Below the pieces are notes generated by a model. The model saw nothing but the letters and a program-made list of their open reading frames with translations. It ran no database searches and was not told the origin of the DNA. From NCBI GenBank assembly GCA_902574205.1, contig CACGMS010000001.1:41819-105818 (forward strand): 64,000 nucleotides of DNA, written 5' to 3'. The translations under genes and the position numbers were made by a program. Of the stretch, positions 18,192 through 27,390 are shown piece by piece. This DNA is from an uncultured Candidatus Hydrogenedens sp. Its GTDB lineage: Bacteria > Myxococcota > UBA4151. Each line of letters begins with the position of its first letter. Positions within the stretch are counted from its first letter, which is position 1.

Positions 18192-20840
18192 ATGATGAAG
18201 CCAAAATTGTATGCCGCTCTAATTCGGTCCCTGTTGGCGCTCGGTTTCAGCGCCTGCCTAATGCCGCTGCCCGAGTTGGCAGAAGCCTCTGCGTTTTGTG
18301 GCGATGGCGTGGTGCAGGATGCGGAACGCTGCGATGACGGCAATACGGACAACAGCGACACCTGCACTGAGGCGTGTCTACCCGCCCGATGCGGCGATGG
18401 GTACGTGCAGGCCGACGAAGCCTGCGATGATGGCAATTTTGTGGATCAGGACAGCTGCACCGCCGCCTGTACCCCCGCACGCTGCGGAGACGGTATAAGG
18501 CGCCAGGATCAACCCGGCGACGCCGAGGATTACGAGCATTGCGACGACGGTAATCAAAACGAAAATGATGCGTGTACGAGCTTGTGCGCGCCGCCGCGCT
18601 GCGGCGATGGAATTGTTCAAAACAACGAAGCTTGTGACGACGGTAATACCATCGAAACGGACGCTTGCCGCTCGAACTGTGACGCCGCCCGGTGTGGTGA
18701 TGGGATCATCCATGAGGGGGTGGAGGCTTGTGACGGCGGTGAGGAATGCAGCGAAGCTTGCACTGCCTTAATATGCGGAAATGGTGTCGTCGAACCTGGG
18801 GAAGGTTGCGACGATGGCAACGAGGAGGTGAGCGACGCCTGTGTGGGCTGTCGTCTCGCCCGATGCGGCGATGGTGTCCTTCACGAAGGGGTGGAAGGCT
18901 GCGACGACGGCAACCTTGAGCCGGGTGATGCGTGCAGCGTTGATTGCCGTTTGGATGACCACGGTGATACCTTGAACACCGCAACAACTCTGGTGCTCAA
19001 TCGGGGCACCAATCGTGGCGTGTATCGGCCCATCGACACGGCTCGAATTGCCGATGTCGACGATGTGGATGTCTTTGCGTTAGTGGCACCTGCCCCCGGT
19101 GTTTATGGCTTTCGGGCGCAGCGCAATGGCGCCGCACAAAGCCCCGACCCGCAGTGCCGAGCCATCAACGCCCAAGGCACCTTAGTTGGTTTTAGCGACA
19201 ACCTGGACGATACCAATCTCGATTGTGCGGTGGAGTTGATGCTCGAGGCTGGCGAAACCGGCTATTTCAAAGTCAGCAACGCCGGGGTTGAACCGGTGAA
19301 CTATGCAGTCCTCGTTCAGGCACCCTGCGGTAACAGTGTCGTCGACCCAGGTGAGGAGTGCGATCCGAATGAGCCGGGCTCCAATGGGTTTCGTTGTCGC
19401 GCTGATTGTCGACTTCGACGTCTCTTGAGCTTGGTCGGAAGCACGGGGTGCGCGGCGCTTGACGGCGCCGTCAAGTGTTGGGGCAGCAACGCCGGTTTGC
19501 TGATGGGTCGAAGCATGGAGGCGCGCGGTGTGATTCAATGCAGCAAACAAGGTTACGATGCTGGAGGCGTCGAAACGCAAATTTTTGATGTCAACGTGGC
19601 GCGTTTTCCGGTGACCGTGATCCCGGAGACGGAACGTGTCAAAGACCTGAGCGGCGGTTGGAATGAGAGTCTTTGCGCCTTGTCTGGCGTGTCGAACATG
19701 CCTTTATGTTGGGGGCGACTCTACAAAGAAACGTCCCACGCATGGAGCGTTCATCTCGACCAGATGGGGCAGTGCCAAGATGATCGACCGCGCCAGCATG
19801 TCGATTATACGGTAGGTGCTTGTGTTCCGGAACCCACGATCATGGGTGACGTCAGTGTCAATGGACCCAATTGGGCGAGTTTGCCGGGTAATTGGCGTCC
19901 CTTTGCTTTCGACAACCTCGTGGGCTTGAGCGTGGGTACACGCGCTCGTTGCGTGCTGATGAAGGACGACTCAGGGGAAGAGACCCAAGTCTATTGTTGG
20001 GGCTATTTCAGTTCTGGGCTGCTGGGAACGCAAGGCATCTTGCGTGGCTGTGATCCTGCTATCTTAGCGCACTACAACATACCGACCTGTGATGTTGCGC
20101 GCATCGCCTTCCCGCAACCTCAGCAACGCCATCGCACCGTGATGCCGAACCAAGAATCCGCAGAATACCTGGCTATGGGTACGGAAACCGCATGTGCGGT
20201 TTTGACCGACAGCCAACGCATCGCTTGTTGGGGTCGCAACGACTACGGACAAACAGGGTCTGAGCGTGCCCTGAATCCCAGCCATCTCTGTATGGGTAAA
20301 CCGTGCGAACCGCTTCCTTTTCTTCAGCCCACGGATTTCGGCGATGTGCTCACCATCAGTTTGGGCGCCCAGCACGGCTGCGCAGTGACCTACGCTGGAC
20401 ATATCTACTGCTGGGGGCTTAATGCGAACCAACAAACGGGAGTGCCCTCCGATGCCGCCCTTTGCTTTGGGCAACCCTGCGTGCGTCGACCGACACGCGT
20501 CGGTCAGCACGAACAGATGATGGATGTTGCTGCGGGAGCGCGCCATACCTGCGCCCTGAACAAGCAGGGCGACGTATGGTGTTGGGGCAACAACAGCGCC
20601 GGGCAATTGGGCATGGGCGTCACCGGTGGCATGCGCTACGGCCAATCCCACGACCAACTCCTTGCTGTGCGCGTGGGGCGTTTGGAGCCCGTTGTTGGGC
20701 TGACGGCTGGCGTTGATTCAAACTGTACACGAACTGCCGAGGGGCGGATCTTTTGCTGGGGCGCCAACGCCACCGGTCAACTGGGCACCGGAGCGTGCAC
20801 CGAAGCCGAAGCTTTGCCGGTCGAAGTGCATCTCCAATAA
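18192..20840 (+). CDS. Cys-rich repeat / PPC-like / RCC1 beta-propeller lipoprotein (tandem paralog B)
   Basis: It starts 3 nt after the TAA of paralog A. The lipobox is GFSAC. The architecture is collinear with 15591..18188 ([75 protein letters not shown]). Confidence 0.88.
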   Translation: MMKPKLYAALIRSLLALGFSACLMPLPELAEASAFCGDGVVQDAERCDDGNTDNSDTCTEACLPARCGDGYVQADEACDDGNFVDQDSCTAACTPARCGDGIRRQDQPGDAEDYEHCDDGNQNENDACTSLCAPPRCGDGIVQNNEACDDGNTIETDACRSNCDAARCGDGIIHEGVEACDGGEECSEACTALICGNGVVEPGEGCDDGNEEVSDACVGCRLARCGDGVLHEGVEGCDDGNLEPGDACSVDCRLDDHGDTLNTATTLVLNRGTNRGVYRPIDTARIADVDDVDVFALVAPAPGVYGFRAQRNGAAQSPDPQCRAINAQGTLVGFSDNLDDTNLDCAVELMLEAGETGYFKVSNAGVEPVNYAVLVQAPCGNSVVDPGEECDPNEPGSNGFRCRADCRLRRLLSLVGSTGCAALDGAVKCWGSNAGLLMGRSMEARGVIQCSKQGYDAGGVETQIFDVNVARFPVTVIPETERVKDLSGGWNESLCALSGVSNMPLCWGRLYKETSHAWSVHLDQMGQCQDDRPRQHVDYTVGACVPEPTIMGDVSVNGPNWASLPGNWRPFAFDNLVGLSVGTRARCVLMKDDSGEETQVYCWGYFSSGLLGTQGILRGCDPAILAHYNIPTCDVARIAFPQPQQRHRTVMPNQESAEYLAMGTETACAVLTDSQRIACWGRNDYGQTGSERALNPSHLCMGKPCEPLPFLQPTDFGDVLTISLGAQHGCAVTYAGHIYCWGLNANQQTGVPSDAALCFGQPCVRRPTRVGQHEQMMDVAAGARHTCALNKQGDVWCWGNNSAGQLGMGVTGGMRYGQSHDQLLAVRVGRLEPVVGLTAGVDSNCTRTAEGRIFCWGANATGQLGTGACTEAEALPVEVHLQ

Positions 20841-21036
20841 CCGCAATCCGCTGAGCAAGCGACAAGCTCTTGAAGGGTCAGCAGCGTGGTCATTAGGCGC
20901 ATCAATCTCAGCTCTCTTGGATAGCGTTGATCGTGCGGTGCTCTCCCGAATCAACCGCACTCTTAATCGTATGAGCGACCGAGGAAATCGTCTGGGTAAA
21001 GTGTTTCTGGTCAGCAGTCGTATCGAGCGCTTGCTG

Positions 21037-21048
21037 TCTCGACATTTT
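21037..21048 (+). promoter_or_regulatory. Conserved 12-mer tctcgacatttt, 42 nt upstream of the start of 21090..23822 (copy 1 of 2)
   Basis: The identical 12-mer occurs at 27337-27348, 43 nt upstream of the paralogous gene 27391..29880. The following aggc(c)aa(a/t)tta(g/a)t patch is also similar. Function is unknown. Confidence 0.25.
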
Positions 21049-21089
21049 AGAGGTCCGAGGCCAAATTAGTGCGTTGATGGAGGTCGCTT

Positions 21090-23822
21090 ATGCGCACGTT
21101 CAGGGGGTTCTCGGTCTTGGTGCTGGTTTTGAATATGTCCTGCGGCGAGCAGGTGGCAGTTAGCGAGACGCAAGCGAACTGCGGCAACGGCAGCGTCGAA
21201 ATCGATGAGGCTTGCGATGATGGCAATACGGATAATTCCGATGCGTGCAGCAATGCTTGCGAACTCGCCGTATGTGGTGATGCGGTGACGCGCATGGACC
21301 TCGCTGTTGGCGAAGAAGGGCATGAGGGCTGCGATGACGGCAACGAGATCGATACCGACGGATGCACGACACTGTGCACCGTGGCTCGCTGTGGCGATGG
21401 TTATGTGCGCGCCGATGCATCTGAGGGCAGCGACGATTTTGAAGCCTGTGACGATGGCAATCGAGTGGATACCGATGGCTGCCGCAACGAGTGCCAGGTT
21501 GCTTATTGCGGCGATGGAGTAGTCCGAGATGATTTAGCACTCGATGAAGAAGGCTACGAAGCCTGCGACGACGGTAACGAAATTGAGACCGATCAATGTT
21601 TGAGTGATTGTGCCGTTGCACGCTGCGGTGATGGCGTTGTTGGACCGGGTGAGAGTTGTGATGATGGCAACGATGACCCAACAGATTCTTGCCGCGCCTG
21701 TCAGTTGGCGACTTGCGGTGATGGTGTGATTCAAGAAGGCGAAGTGTGCGATGATGGTAATGCCATCGAAAGTGACGCGTGTTTGAGCACTTGCGCACCG
21801 GCAGCATGCGGCGATGGTGTCGTGTATGAAGGCGTGGAAGACTGCGATGATGGCAACGCGCAGACCACCGATGCGTGCACCAGTGCCTGTCGATTGGCGC
21901 GTTGCGGCGACGGTATTCGGCGCTTAGATTTAGAGCCAGAAGACGATGGTTTTGAAGCCTGCGATGATGGCAACAACGAGGTCGGTGATGGATGTTCGGA
22001 GGTCTGCGCCTTGGAGCGCTGCGGAAATGGTCGCATCGATGCTGGAGAAGCCTGCGATGATGGCAACGCCGTGGATACTGACGGCTGCACGTCTGCTTGT
22101 TTACAGGCGCGTTGCGGCGATGGAATTCGCTATCTAGGCACCGAAGAGTGCGATGACGGCAATCAAGTCGAGACCGATGCGTGTTTGAACAATTGCCTCG
22201 ATGCGCGATGCGGCGACAATGTGGTGCGCCAGGGCGTGGAGGCTTGCGATGATGGCAACCTTGATGCTGGGGATGGCTGCAATGGTGTCTGTCAGACCGA
22301 AGGTTGCGGTAATGGTCGGCTCGATCCCGGGGAAGCCTGCGATGACTCCAACGCACAAGCTGGTGATGGATGCGATGACCAATGTCGACTCGAAATTTGC
22401 GGTAACGGGCGGGTTGATGCCGGCGAAGCCTGTGATGACGGAAACCGTATTGAGACCGATGCCTGCACCAGCGGTTGTTTAGCAGCTCGATGCGGTGATG
22501 GAATTCGTCGGAATGATCTGCAGCCACAGGATCCCGGTTACGAGGTGTGCGATGATGGCAACCAAGTCGATGATGATGCGTGCCGTAACACCTGCGAGAC
22601 CCTTCGCTGCGGCGATGGTGTCGTTGCTCAAGGTATTGAGTCTTGTGACGACGGTAACGCCGATGATTTGGATGCCTGTCGTAATGATTGCACGGTCGCA
22701 CGGTGCGGCGATGGCGTGACGCGTAACGATCTCAATGACGGTCAAGCCGGTTATGAAGTGTGCGATGATGGTAATGCGGAGCAAACAGACAGCTGTTTAA
22801 ATGATTGCTCGTTGGCGTCGTGCGGCGATGGTTTAGTACGCGCCGGAATCGAGGATTGTGATGACGGGAACAATGATCAAAGCGATGCTTGCCTCAATGA
22901 GTGCAGCATGGCGTCGTGCGGCGATGGCGTAACGCGTAACGATCTCAATGAGGGTCAAGCCGACTATGAAGCGTGCGATGACGGCAATATTGAGCAAACA
23001 GACAGCTGCTTAAATGATTGCTCGTTGGCGTCGTGCGGCGACAGCCTTATCCGAGAGGGAGTTGAGGGATGCGACGATGGGAACGCCGATTCGTGGGATG
23101 GGTGCTCGGCGCAATGCCAATTAGAAGGCGGCACTCAGCAGTCGCCGGCGCAAAGTTGTGCAGCGATTTTAGCCGCTCAACCGGGTATCGAGAGTGGTCC
23201 AGCTTGGATTGATCATGATGCAGCAGGCGGTGATTCGGCGATTTATGTGTATTGCGATCAAACGACGGAGCAAGGGGGATGGCTCGATATCGTGCGTACT
23301 TTCCATTTGCAGGGCATCGATCAAAACGCTTACCTGAGTCACTTCTTCTTGGCGAACAACGGTCAAGCGCTAGCAGCCGTCGTGGATTCGAACAATGCGG
23401 GACCGGGTTTAGGCATTCGCAATATGACCGCGAGTTATGACCACACAGAAGGTTTTCATTTGGTAAGTATGGTTCCCTTTTCTAAGGTCCGTACCAATTA
23501 CCGCATGCAAGGCACCGATCAGAACTACCGCTGCAATCACTCCAACTGGGTTCCGCTCAATGGACCCGGCTATGATGGGGGATACGACGGTTACCAAAGC
23601 GCATGTCCGAATGGTAAAACCTGTATTCAAGGTCGCTGCACGTATCTCCGAGACGCGCCGATCTCGGCGAGTTATTCGAACGATAACATCAATTCGGAAA
23701 CGACCTATCTGACGTGGAGCGGCAGTGGCGTGGGGACACAGACCTCAACCGGCTGTGCCCGCGATAATCTCATTCCATTTAACCGCCCAGTGACCTGGTT
23801 CACTCAGTTGCTTATTCGCTAG
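21090..23822 (+). CDS. Cys-rich repeat lipoprotein (19 units) with a C-terminal fibrinogen-like YCDxxxxGGW domain
   Basis: GGAGG lies 7 nt upstream of the ATG. The signal plus lipobox is [19 protein letters not shown] counted 19 CDDGN units. The C-terminal ~225 aa begin [47 protein letters not shown], which resembles fibrinogen C-domain subdomain A. Confidence 0.9.
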   Translation: MRTFRGFSVLVLVLNMSCGEQVAVSETQANCGNGSVEIDEACDDGNTDNSDACSNACELAVCGDAVTRMDLAVGEEGHEGCDDGNEIDTDGCTTLCTVARCGDGYVRADASEGSDDFEACDDGNRVDTDGCRNECQVAYCGDGVVRDDLALDEEGYEACDDGNEIETDQCLSDCAVARCGDGVVGPGESCDDGNDDPTDSCRACQLATCGDGVIQEGEVCDDGNAIESDACLSTCAPAACGDGVVYEGVEDCDDGNAQTTDACTSACRLARCGDGIRRLDLEPEDDGFEACDDGNNEVGDGCSEVCALERCGNGRIDAGEACDDGNAVDTDGCTSACLQARCGDGIRYLGTEECDDGNQVETDACLNNCLDARCGDNVVRQGVEACDDGNLDAGDGCNGVCQTEGCGNGRLDPGEACDDSNAQAGDGCDDQCRLEICGNGRVDAGEACDDGNRIETDACTSGCLAARCGDGIRRNDLQPQDPGYEVCDDGNQVDDDACRNTCETLRCGDGVVAQGIESCDDGNADDLDACRNDCTVARCGDGVTRNDLNDGQAGYEVCDDGNAEQTDSCLNDCSLASCGDGLVRAGIEDCDDGNNDQSDACLNECSMASCGDGVTRNDLNEGQADYEACDDGNIEQTDSCLNDCSLASCGDSLIREGVEGCDDGNADSWDGCSAQCQLEGGTQQSPAQSCAAILAAQPGIESGPAWIDHDAAGGDSAIYVYCDQTTEQGGWLDIVRTFHLQGIDQNAYLSHFFLANNGQALAAVVDSNNAGPGLGIRNMTASYDHTEGFHLVSMVPFSKVRTNYRMQGTDQNYRCNHSNWVPLNGPGYDGGYDGYQSACPNGKTCIQGRCTYLRDAPISASYSNDNINSETTYLTWSGSGVGTQTSTGCARDNLIPFNRPVTWFTQLLIR
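22704..23041 (+). repeat. Near-identical ~125-bp duplication: 22704-22828 and 22917-23041 (offset 213 bp), including a 32-nt exact run
   Basis: [42 protein letters not shown] aligns with [42 protein letters not shown]. The exact run is ttaaatgattgctcgttggcgtcgtgcggcga. Confidence 0.9.
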
Positions 23823-23924
23823 GTGCCCATCTGTTGATGTGGCCGCCAACGCGTACCTATAGATGGGTTTGAGGGGCTTGTCGCTCGCTTCAAAATAGCG
23901 TCAAGTAATTAGGCGAAGGGGACG

Positions 23925-24677
23925 TTGGTGCAGATGCGCTTACTGGTTGTTTTGGTTGTTTTGGTTACCGGTCCAGCGTTGGCAAGTGACCAGCCTGGTC
24001 TCGCCGCATTGAACATCAAGGCTGAACGAGGCGTGGATGCGAGTTTGGCGACACTCATCAGTGAAGCGATTCTGAGTGAACTCAAGGCGAGCGGTCGCTT
24101 TGCTTCGGTTATCGGCAGTTCCGATATGCAAACGATGATCGATATGGAGCAGCAAAAGCAGGCTTTGGGCTGCGACGAGAACACCTGTTTGGCTCAACTC
24201 GGTGGTGCGCTTGGAGTCCCTTATTTACTCAGTGGAAGTTTGGGATCGGTGGGTGGGCAATTTATGCTCAATCTGAAGATCATTCAGGTCGAAGAATCTC
24301 GCGTCGCAGAGCGAAAAACGCATATTTTTGATTCGGAAAAAGCGCTCGTCCGAGGGCTGGAATCGGTTTTGACGGGTTTAGTTTCAGGAGCTTTGAATTC
24401 GGCTGACGGCCAAGCCGAGTCGGTAAAGCAGGTCAGGGTGATGTCGCAGAGTAAAAGACTCGGTCCCTGGGTTGGCGGTGGATTGGCGACGATCGGCACA
24501 GGGTTGGCACTCGGCGGGTATCTCTCTGCACAAGCAGCACAGTCTGATTATGATGCATCGCCAACGGTGGCTCGTAGCCGAGACCTTCAAAGTGCAGTCT
24601 CTTCGGGAAATACGATGATCAGTATTGGCCTTGGATCCGTGGGTGCAGGTATCGCTGCTTTGGTGTGGTTACGATGA
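23925..24677 (+). CDS. Membrane-anchored protein carrying the GC-x4-C / ALGVPYLL module (uncharacterised, CsgG/LpoB/TolB-N-like by pattern only)
   Basis: The signal peptide is MRLLVVLVVLVTGPALA. The module is LISEAILSELKASGRFASVIGSSDMQTMIDMEQQKQALGCDENTCLAQLGGALGVPYLLSGSLGSVGGQFMLNLKIIQVEESRV. The C-terminus has two hydrophobic segments flanking AQSDYD. The start is uncertain among TTG 23925, GTG 23928 and ATG 23934. Confidence 0.8.
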   Translation: MVQMRLLVVLVVLVTGPALASDQPGLAALNIKAERGVDASLATLISEAILSELKASGRFASVIGSSDMQTMIDMEQQKQALGCDENTCLAQLGGALGVPYLLSGSLGSVGGQFMLNLKIIQVEESRVAERKTHIFDSEKALVRGLESVLTGLVSGALNSADGQAESVKQVRVMSQSKRLGPWVGGGLATIGTGLALGGYLSAQAAQSDYDASPTVARSRDLQSAVSSGNTMISIGLGSVGAGIAALVWLR

Positions 24678-25555
24678 AGAGACTGTATGCAGTTGCATGT
24701 GTTCTGGTTGCCTGCGTCGATGCCGATTACAGTGCCGGTGGTCTGCTCGACGAATGTCCGAAAAATAACAACGAGTGCACCGCAGGTTACCAATGCGAAA
24801 ATGGATACTGTACGCCAGAGTCAGAGATGCGAGCCGATAGTGGTGTCGTCACTGATGCTGGCTTCAATGATAGTGGACCCATAATGGATGATGCAGGTCC
24901 GAGTATCCCTCGTGATTGTCAGGCAATCAAAGCCGCTAACCTGGCTGCTGGGAATGGAACCTACACGATTGATCCTGATGGTCCGGGTGGTGAGTCAAGT
25001 CTCCAGGCACTTTGCGATATGACGACTGCCGGTGGGGGTTGGACGCGTGTGATCAATATACGAAACGGTGCAATCACTTGGAATGCATGGAGCGAACGTG
25101 TTGATGTCGAAAACAGCGCTTCGAGTTGGCAGCAAACAACGACTGGACTTGGCATTTCTCGGTTTTCGGACACCCCGGACGGTGAGGACCTCGAATACCT
25201 ATTTTTTGTCGAGAATAGACAAAGAGGAAGCCTCTACAGAGGCGTCAATAAGGGTGCATGGGATCCACGCCTCGGCTCTGAAGAATTTGATGCCTCTTTC
25301 GAGATCCGATCTCTGGATGACACGGATTGGCTGATTTGCGACCAAGCCTTGAACCACGCGCAGGACGACTGGAATTGGTCAATTGCGAGTGATCCGGCAG
25401 GTTCCTGTAACCGGATAGGTGGTGGTGATGCATTTCTACTTCGTGGTGGCGATGAGCACGGTGCCGAAGCAGCTGAACGTTTGTACGGTCTGACGGAATT
25501 TTTTGGGGCTTCACGCTGGATCGCTGTGAGTGTTTACGTGCGGCGAACGCCTTAG
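24674..25555 (+). CDS. Lipoprotein with a fibrinogen-like CDMTTAGGGWT domain
   Basis: The ATG at 24674 overlaps the upstream TGA (24675-24677) as ATGA. The lipobox is MKRLYAVACVLVAC. RDCQAIKAANLAAGNGTYTIDPDGPGGESSLQALCDMTTAGGGWTRV closely matches the ficolin/angiopoietin N-terminal FReD pattern. Confidence 0.85.
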   Translation: MKRLYAVACVLVACVDADYSAGGLLDECPKNNNECTAGYQCENGYCTPESEMRADSGVVTDAGFNDSGPIMDDAGPSIPRDCQAIKAANLAAGNGTYTIDPDGPGGESSLQALCDMTTAGGGWTRVINIRNGAITWNAWSERVDVENSASSWQQTTTGLGISRFSDTPDGEDLEYLFFVENRQRGSLYRGVNKGAWDPRLGSEEFDASFEIRSLDDTDWLICDQALNHAQDDWNWSIASDPAGSCNRIGGGDAFLLRGGDEHGAEAAERLYGLTEFFGASRWIAVSVYVRRTP

Positions 25556-25559
25556 TGGA

Positions 25560-25856
25560 TTAGTTTTTCCCTGATTTCTGCCGACAATCCTTTTGCATCT
25601 TTTTATCTTTGATCGCGCCGCAATAAGAAGGCTTTTTGCGCACAACCGCTAAGCAATAATTACGTTTGTCGGCGTCTTTGATCAGACCGCAAACGGACAT
25701 GCTACGCTCGCATATTCCGCGGCATAGATTGCGGTCATCGACATCTTTTATCTTTGTGCATTCAGAGCACTTATTCGTTGATTTAGCTTCTGCTTGAGTA
25801 GGCATCATGAGGAATAAGCCGAGGCCAAGCGAGGCATAAAGAAGAAGCGTTCTCAT
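25560..25856 (-). CDS. Small secreted Cys/Lys-rich protein with three C-x-x-IKD-x-D-x-R/K-N/D-x-C repeats
   Basis: 98 aa. The signal peptide is MRTLLLYASLGLGLFLMMPTQAEA. The repeats are CTKIKDVDDRNLC, CGLIKDADKRNYC and CGAIKDKKMQKDC. GGAGA lies upstream of the ATG. Confidence 0.65.
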   Translation of the reverse strand: MRTLLLYASLGLGLFLMMPTQAEAKSTNKCSECTKIKDVDDRNLCRGICERSMSVCGLIKDADKRNYCLAVVRKKPSYCGAIKDKKMQKDCRQKSGKN

Positions 25857-25872
25857 GTTGGGTCTCCGATTC

Positions 25873-25895
25873 AGACTACCTTAAAATCGTAGTCT
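25873..25895 (-). other. Inverted repeat (7-bp stem agactac/gtagtct, 9-nt loop) between the GT4 stop and the small-protein RBS
   Basis: Read directly: agactac (25873-25879), loop cttaaaatc, gtagtct (25889-25895). No U-tract follows, so its role as attenuator, processing site or nothing is unknown. Confidence 0.25.
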
Positions 25896-25934
25896 CGTGT
25901 TGTTCAGACGCTAATGGCGGCACAATTCGTCACT

Positions 25935-27074
25935 CTAGTTGGTTCGTCTCTGGAGGATTTTATCAAAGATTGCGATGATGCGGTCGCTGCTGGCGGCCCA
26001 GTTGAAGCGATCCATGACCAACTTTCTCGCTTTGCGCTTACGCGGTTCGTGACTGTTGGGGTCGTTTAAAAGTTCAAGCATTTTGCGTTTAAGGTCAGCG
26101 ACTGAGTTGGGCGCAAAGAGAGTGCCGATGTCTGGTGTGAGGTAGGTGGGGACGTTACCCACGGGAGTCGATAGTGGAATCACGCCACAAGCCATGGCTT
26201 CCCGAATCGCTAGGGGCGCGCATTCGCTCAAGGACGGTAGCACGTAGGCGTCCATGGCCGGGTAAAAATCTTCAGGTGTCATGGTCGAAGGAATCCATGA
26301 GATGCGACGGTCTTCTTTGTCGTGACGAAGAACCGAACGATTGCCCCCCACCATTAAGAGATGGGTCTTTGGGTGACTGAGTTGAGTGAAGGCATCAATG
26401 AGCACTTGAAGATTCTTTTCTGCGCCAAAGCGCCCGAGATAACCAAAGAGAAAGGCGTCTTCGGGTATGTTCAGCGCCTCACGTGTTCTGTTGCGCTCGC
26501 TCGCTGGTCGGGGACGAAAACGGTTGGTGTCGATACCGAGCGGTGTCACGCTAATTGGCGAGCTGAACCCGTGAGCCTCAAGGATCTCTTTGGTGGCTTG
26601 ACTTGGGGTCACAATCTGCTGTGCCTTGTGGTAGCGTTGACGGCAGGTCTTGAGCCAAAAGTTACGGAAATGTGCCTGGCCGATGGGCAGATTTTGGGCG
26701 TAGATTTCCCACTCGATTGAGTGAATCATTGAGACGATTGGGACTGCCTCGCTGTGCGCAATGCTCACCGCCGTATTCCCAAGTGGACCGATGCTGTGCG
26801 TCCAAACTAAGTCCACATGGGCTAAGGCTCTTTGCATGAATCTTTTGGATACTAGGGGTAGTCCTGCACCCTCGATACGGACCCATGGCAGCATGGGGAA
26901 GAGGTGGTAGCGAACCCCATGGAATTGTGGTCGTTCGCCGGCATAACGCGGAGCAATCAGTTCAAAGTTATAGGCGTGCGTCATTCGAGGAATCAGTTCA
27001 ATGATCGCACGAGCAAGACCATCCCAGCGAGGTAAGAACGAGTCCGCAACAATGGCGATGGTCGGCTTAGTCAT
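25935..27074 (-). CDS. Glycosyltransferase family 4 (GT-B, RfaG-like)
   Basis: The N-terminus IAIVADSFLPRWDGLARA and the C-terminus PSLSECAPLAIREAMACGVIPLSTPVGNVP (E-x7-E-type region) are typical of GT4. Confidence 0.85.
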   Translation of the reverse strand: MTKPTIAIVADSFLPRWDGLARAIIELIPRMTHAYNFELIAPRYAGERPQFHGVRYHLFPMLPWVRIEGAGLPLVSKRFMQRALAHVDLVWTHSIGPLGNTAVSIAHSEAVPIVSMIHSIEWEIYAQNLPIGQAHFRNFWLKTCRQRYHKAQQIVTPSQATKEILEAHGFSSPISVTPLGIDTNRFRPRPASERNRTREALNIPEDAFLFGYLGRFGAEKNLQVLIDAFTQLSHPKTHLLMVGGNRSVLRHDKEDRRISWIPSTMTPEDFYPAMDAYVLPSLSECAPLAIREAMACGVIPLSTPVGNVPTYLTPDIGTLFAPNSVADLKRKMLELLNDPNSHEPRKRKARKLVMDRFNWAASSDRIIAIFDKILQRRTN

Positions 27075-27336
27075 AACGAGTAGCTTGATTGTTGCACACC
27101 AAACACTGTCTGCGTTTGACTCATGGCGTCAACGGTCTGGATGGTCGTTAGTCGTCTCAAGTGCAGTCTCTTGCTCAGGCGTGCGAGCGAGGTATTTGTG
27201 GGTATTCAGGTTGGAGTCTTGTCTGCTGCGACTTAATCACCAGTCCGATCTTTAGGGTCGATTGGTCGTGATCAACCCTCCTCAATCGAATACCATTTTG
27301 ATCAAGTTGATATCGGGTCATCTCCGTCGTCGGTAC

Positions 27337-27348
27337 TCTCGACATTTT
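27337..27348 (+). promoter_or_regulatory. Conserved 12-mer tctcgacatttt, 43 nt upstream of the start of 27391..29880 (copy 2 of 2)
   Basis: It is identical to 21037-21048 and sits at the same distance from a paralogous start codon. Confidence 0.25.
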
Positions 27349-27390
27349 GACGTGATCTAGGCAATTTAATCCCCGAATAGGGAGACCGGT

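Noticed and set aside
21160-22701. A 513-aa antisense ORF (His/Arg-rich). Many similar long ORFs lie antisense or out of frame inside the repeat genes, for example 4964..5998(-), 189..641(-), 1898..2485(-), 6537..7106(-), 27989..28759(-) and 15505..16257(+).
   Set aside because: They lie entirely within strongly supported repeat CDSs. Their translations are low-complexity (H/R/S/P/T/A runs) with no domain logic. The periodic TGC/GGC/GAT/GAC-rich codon content of the sense strand simply lacks stop codons in the other frames.
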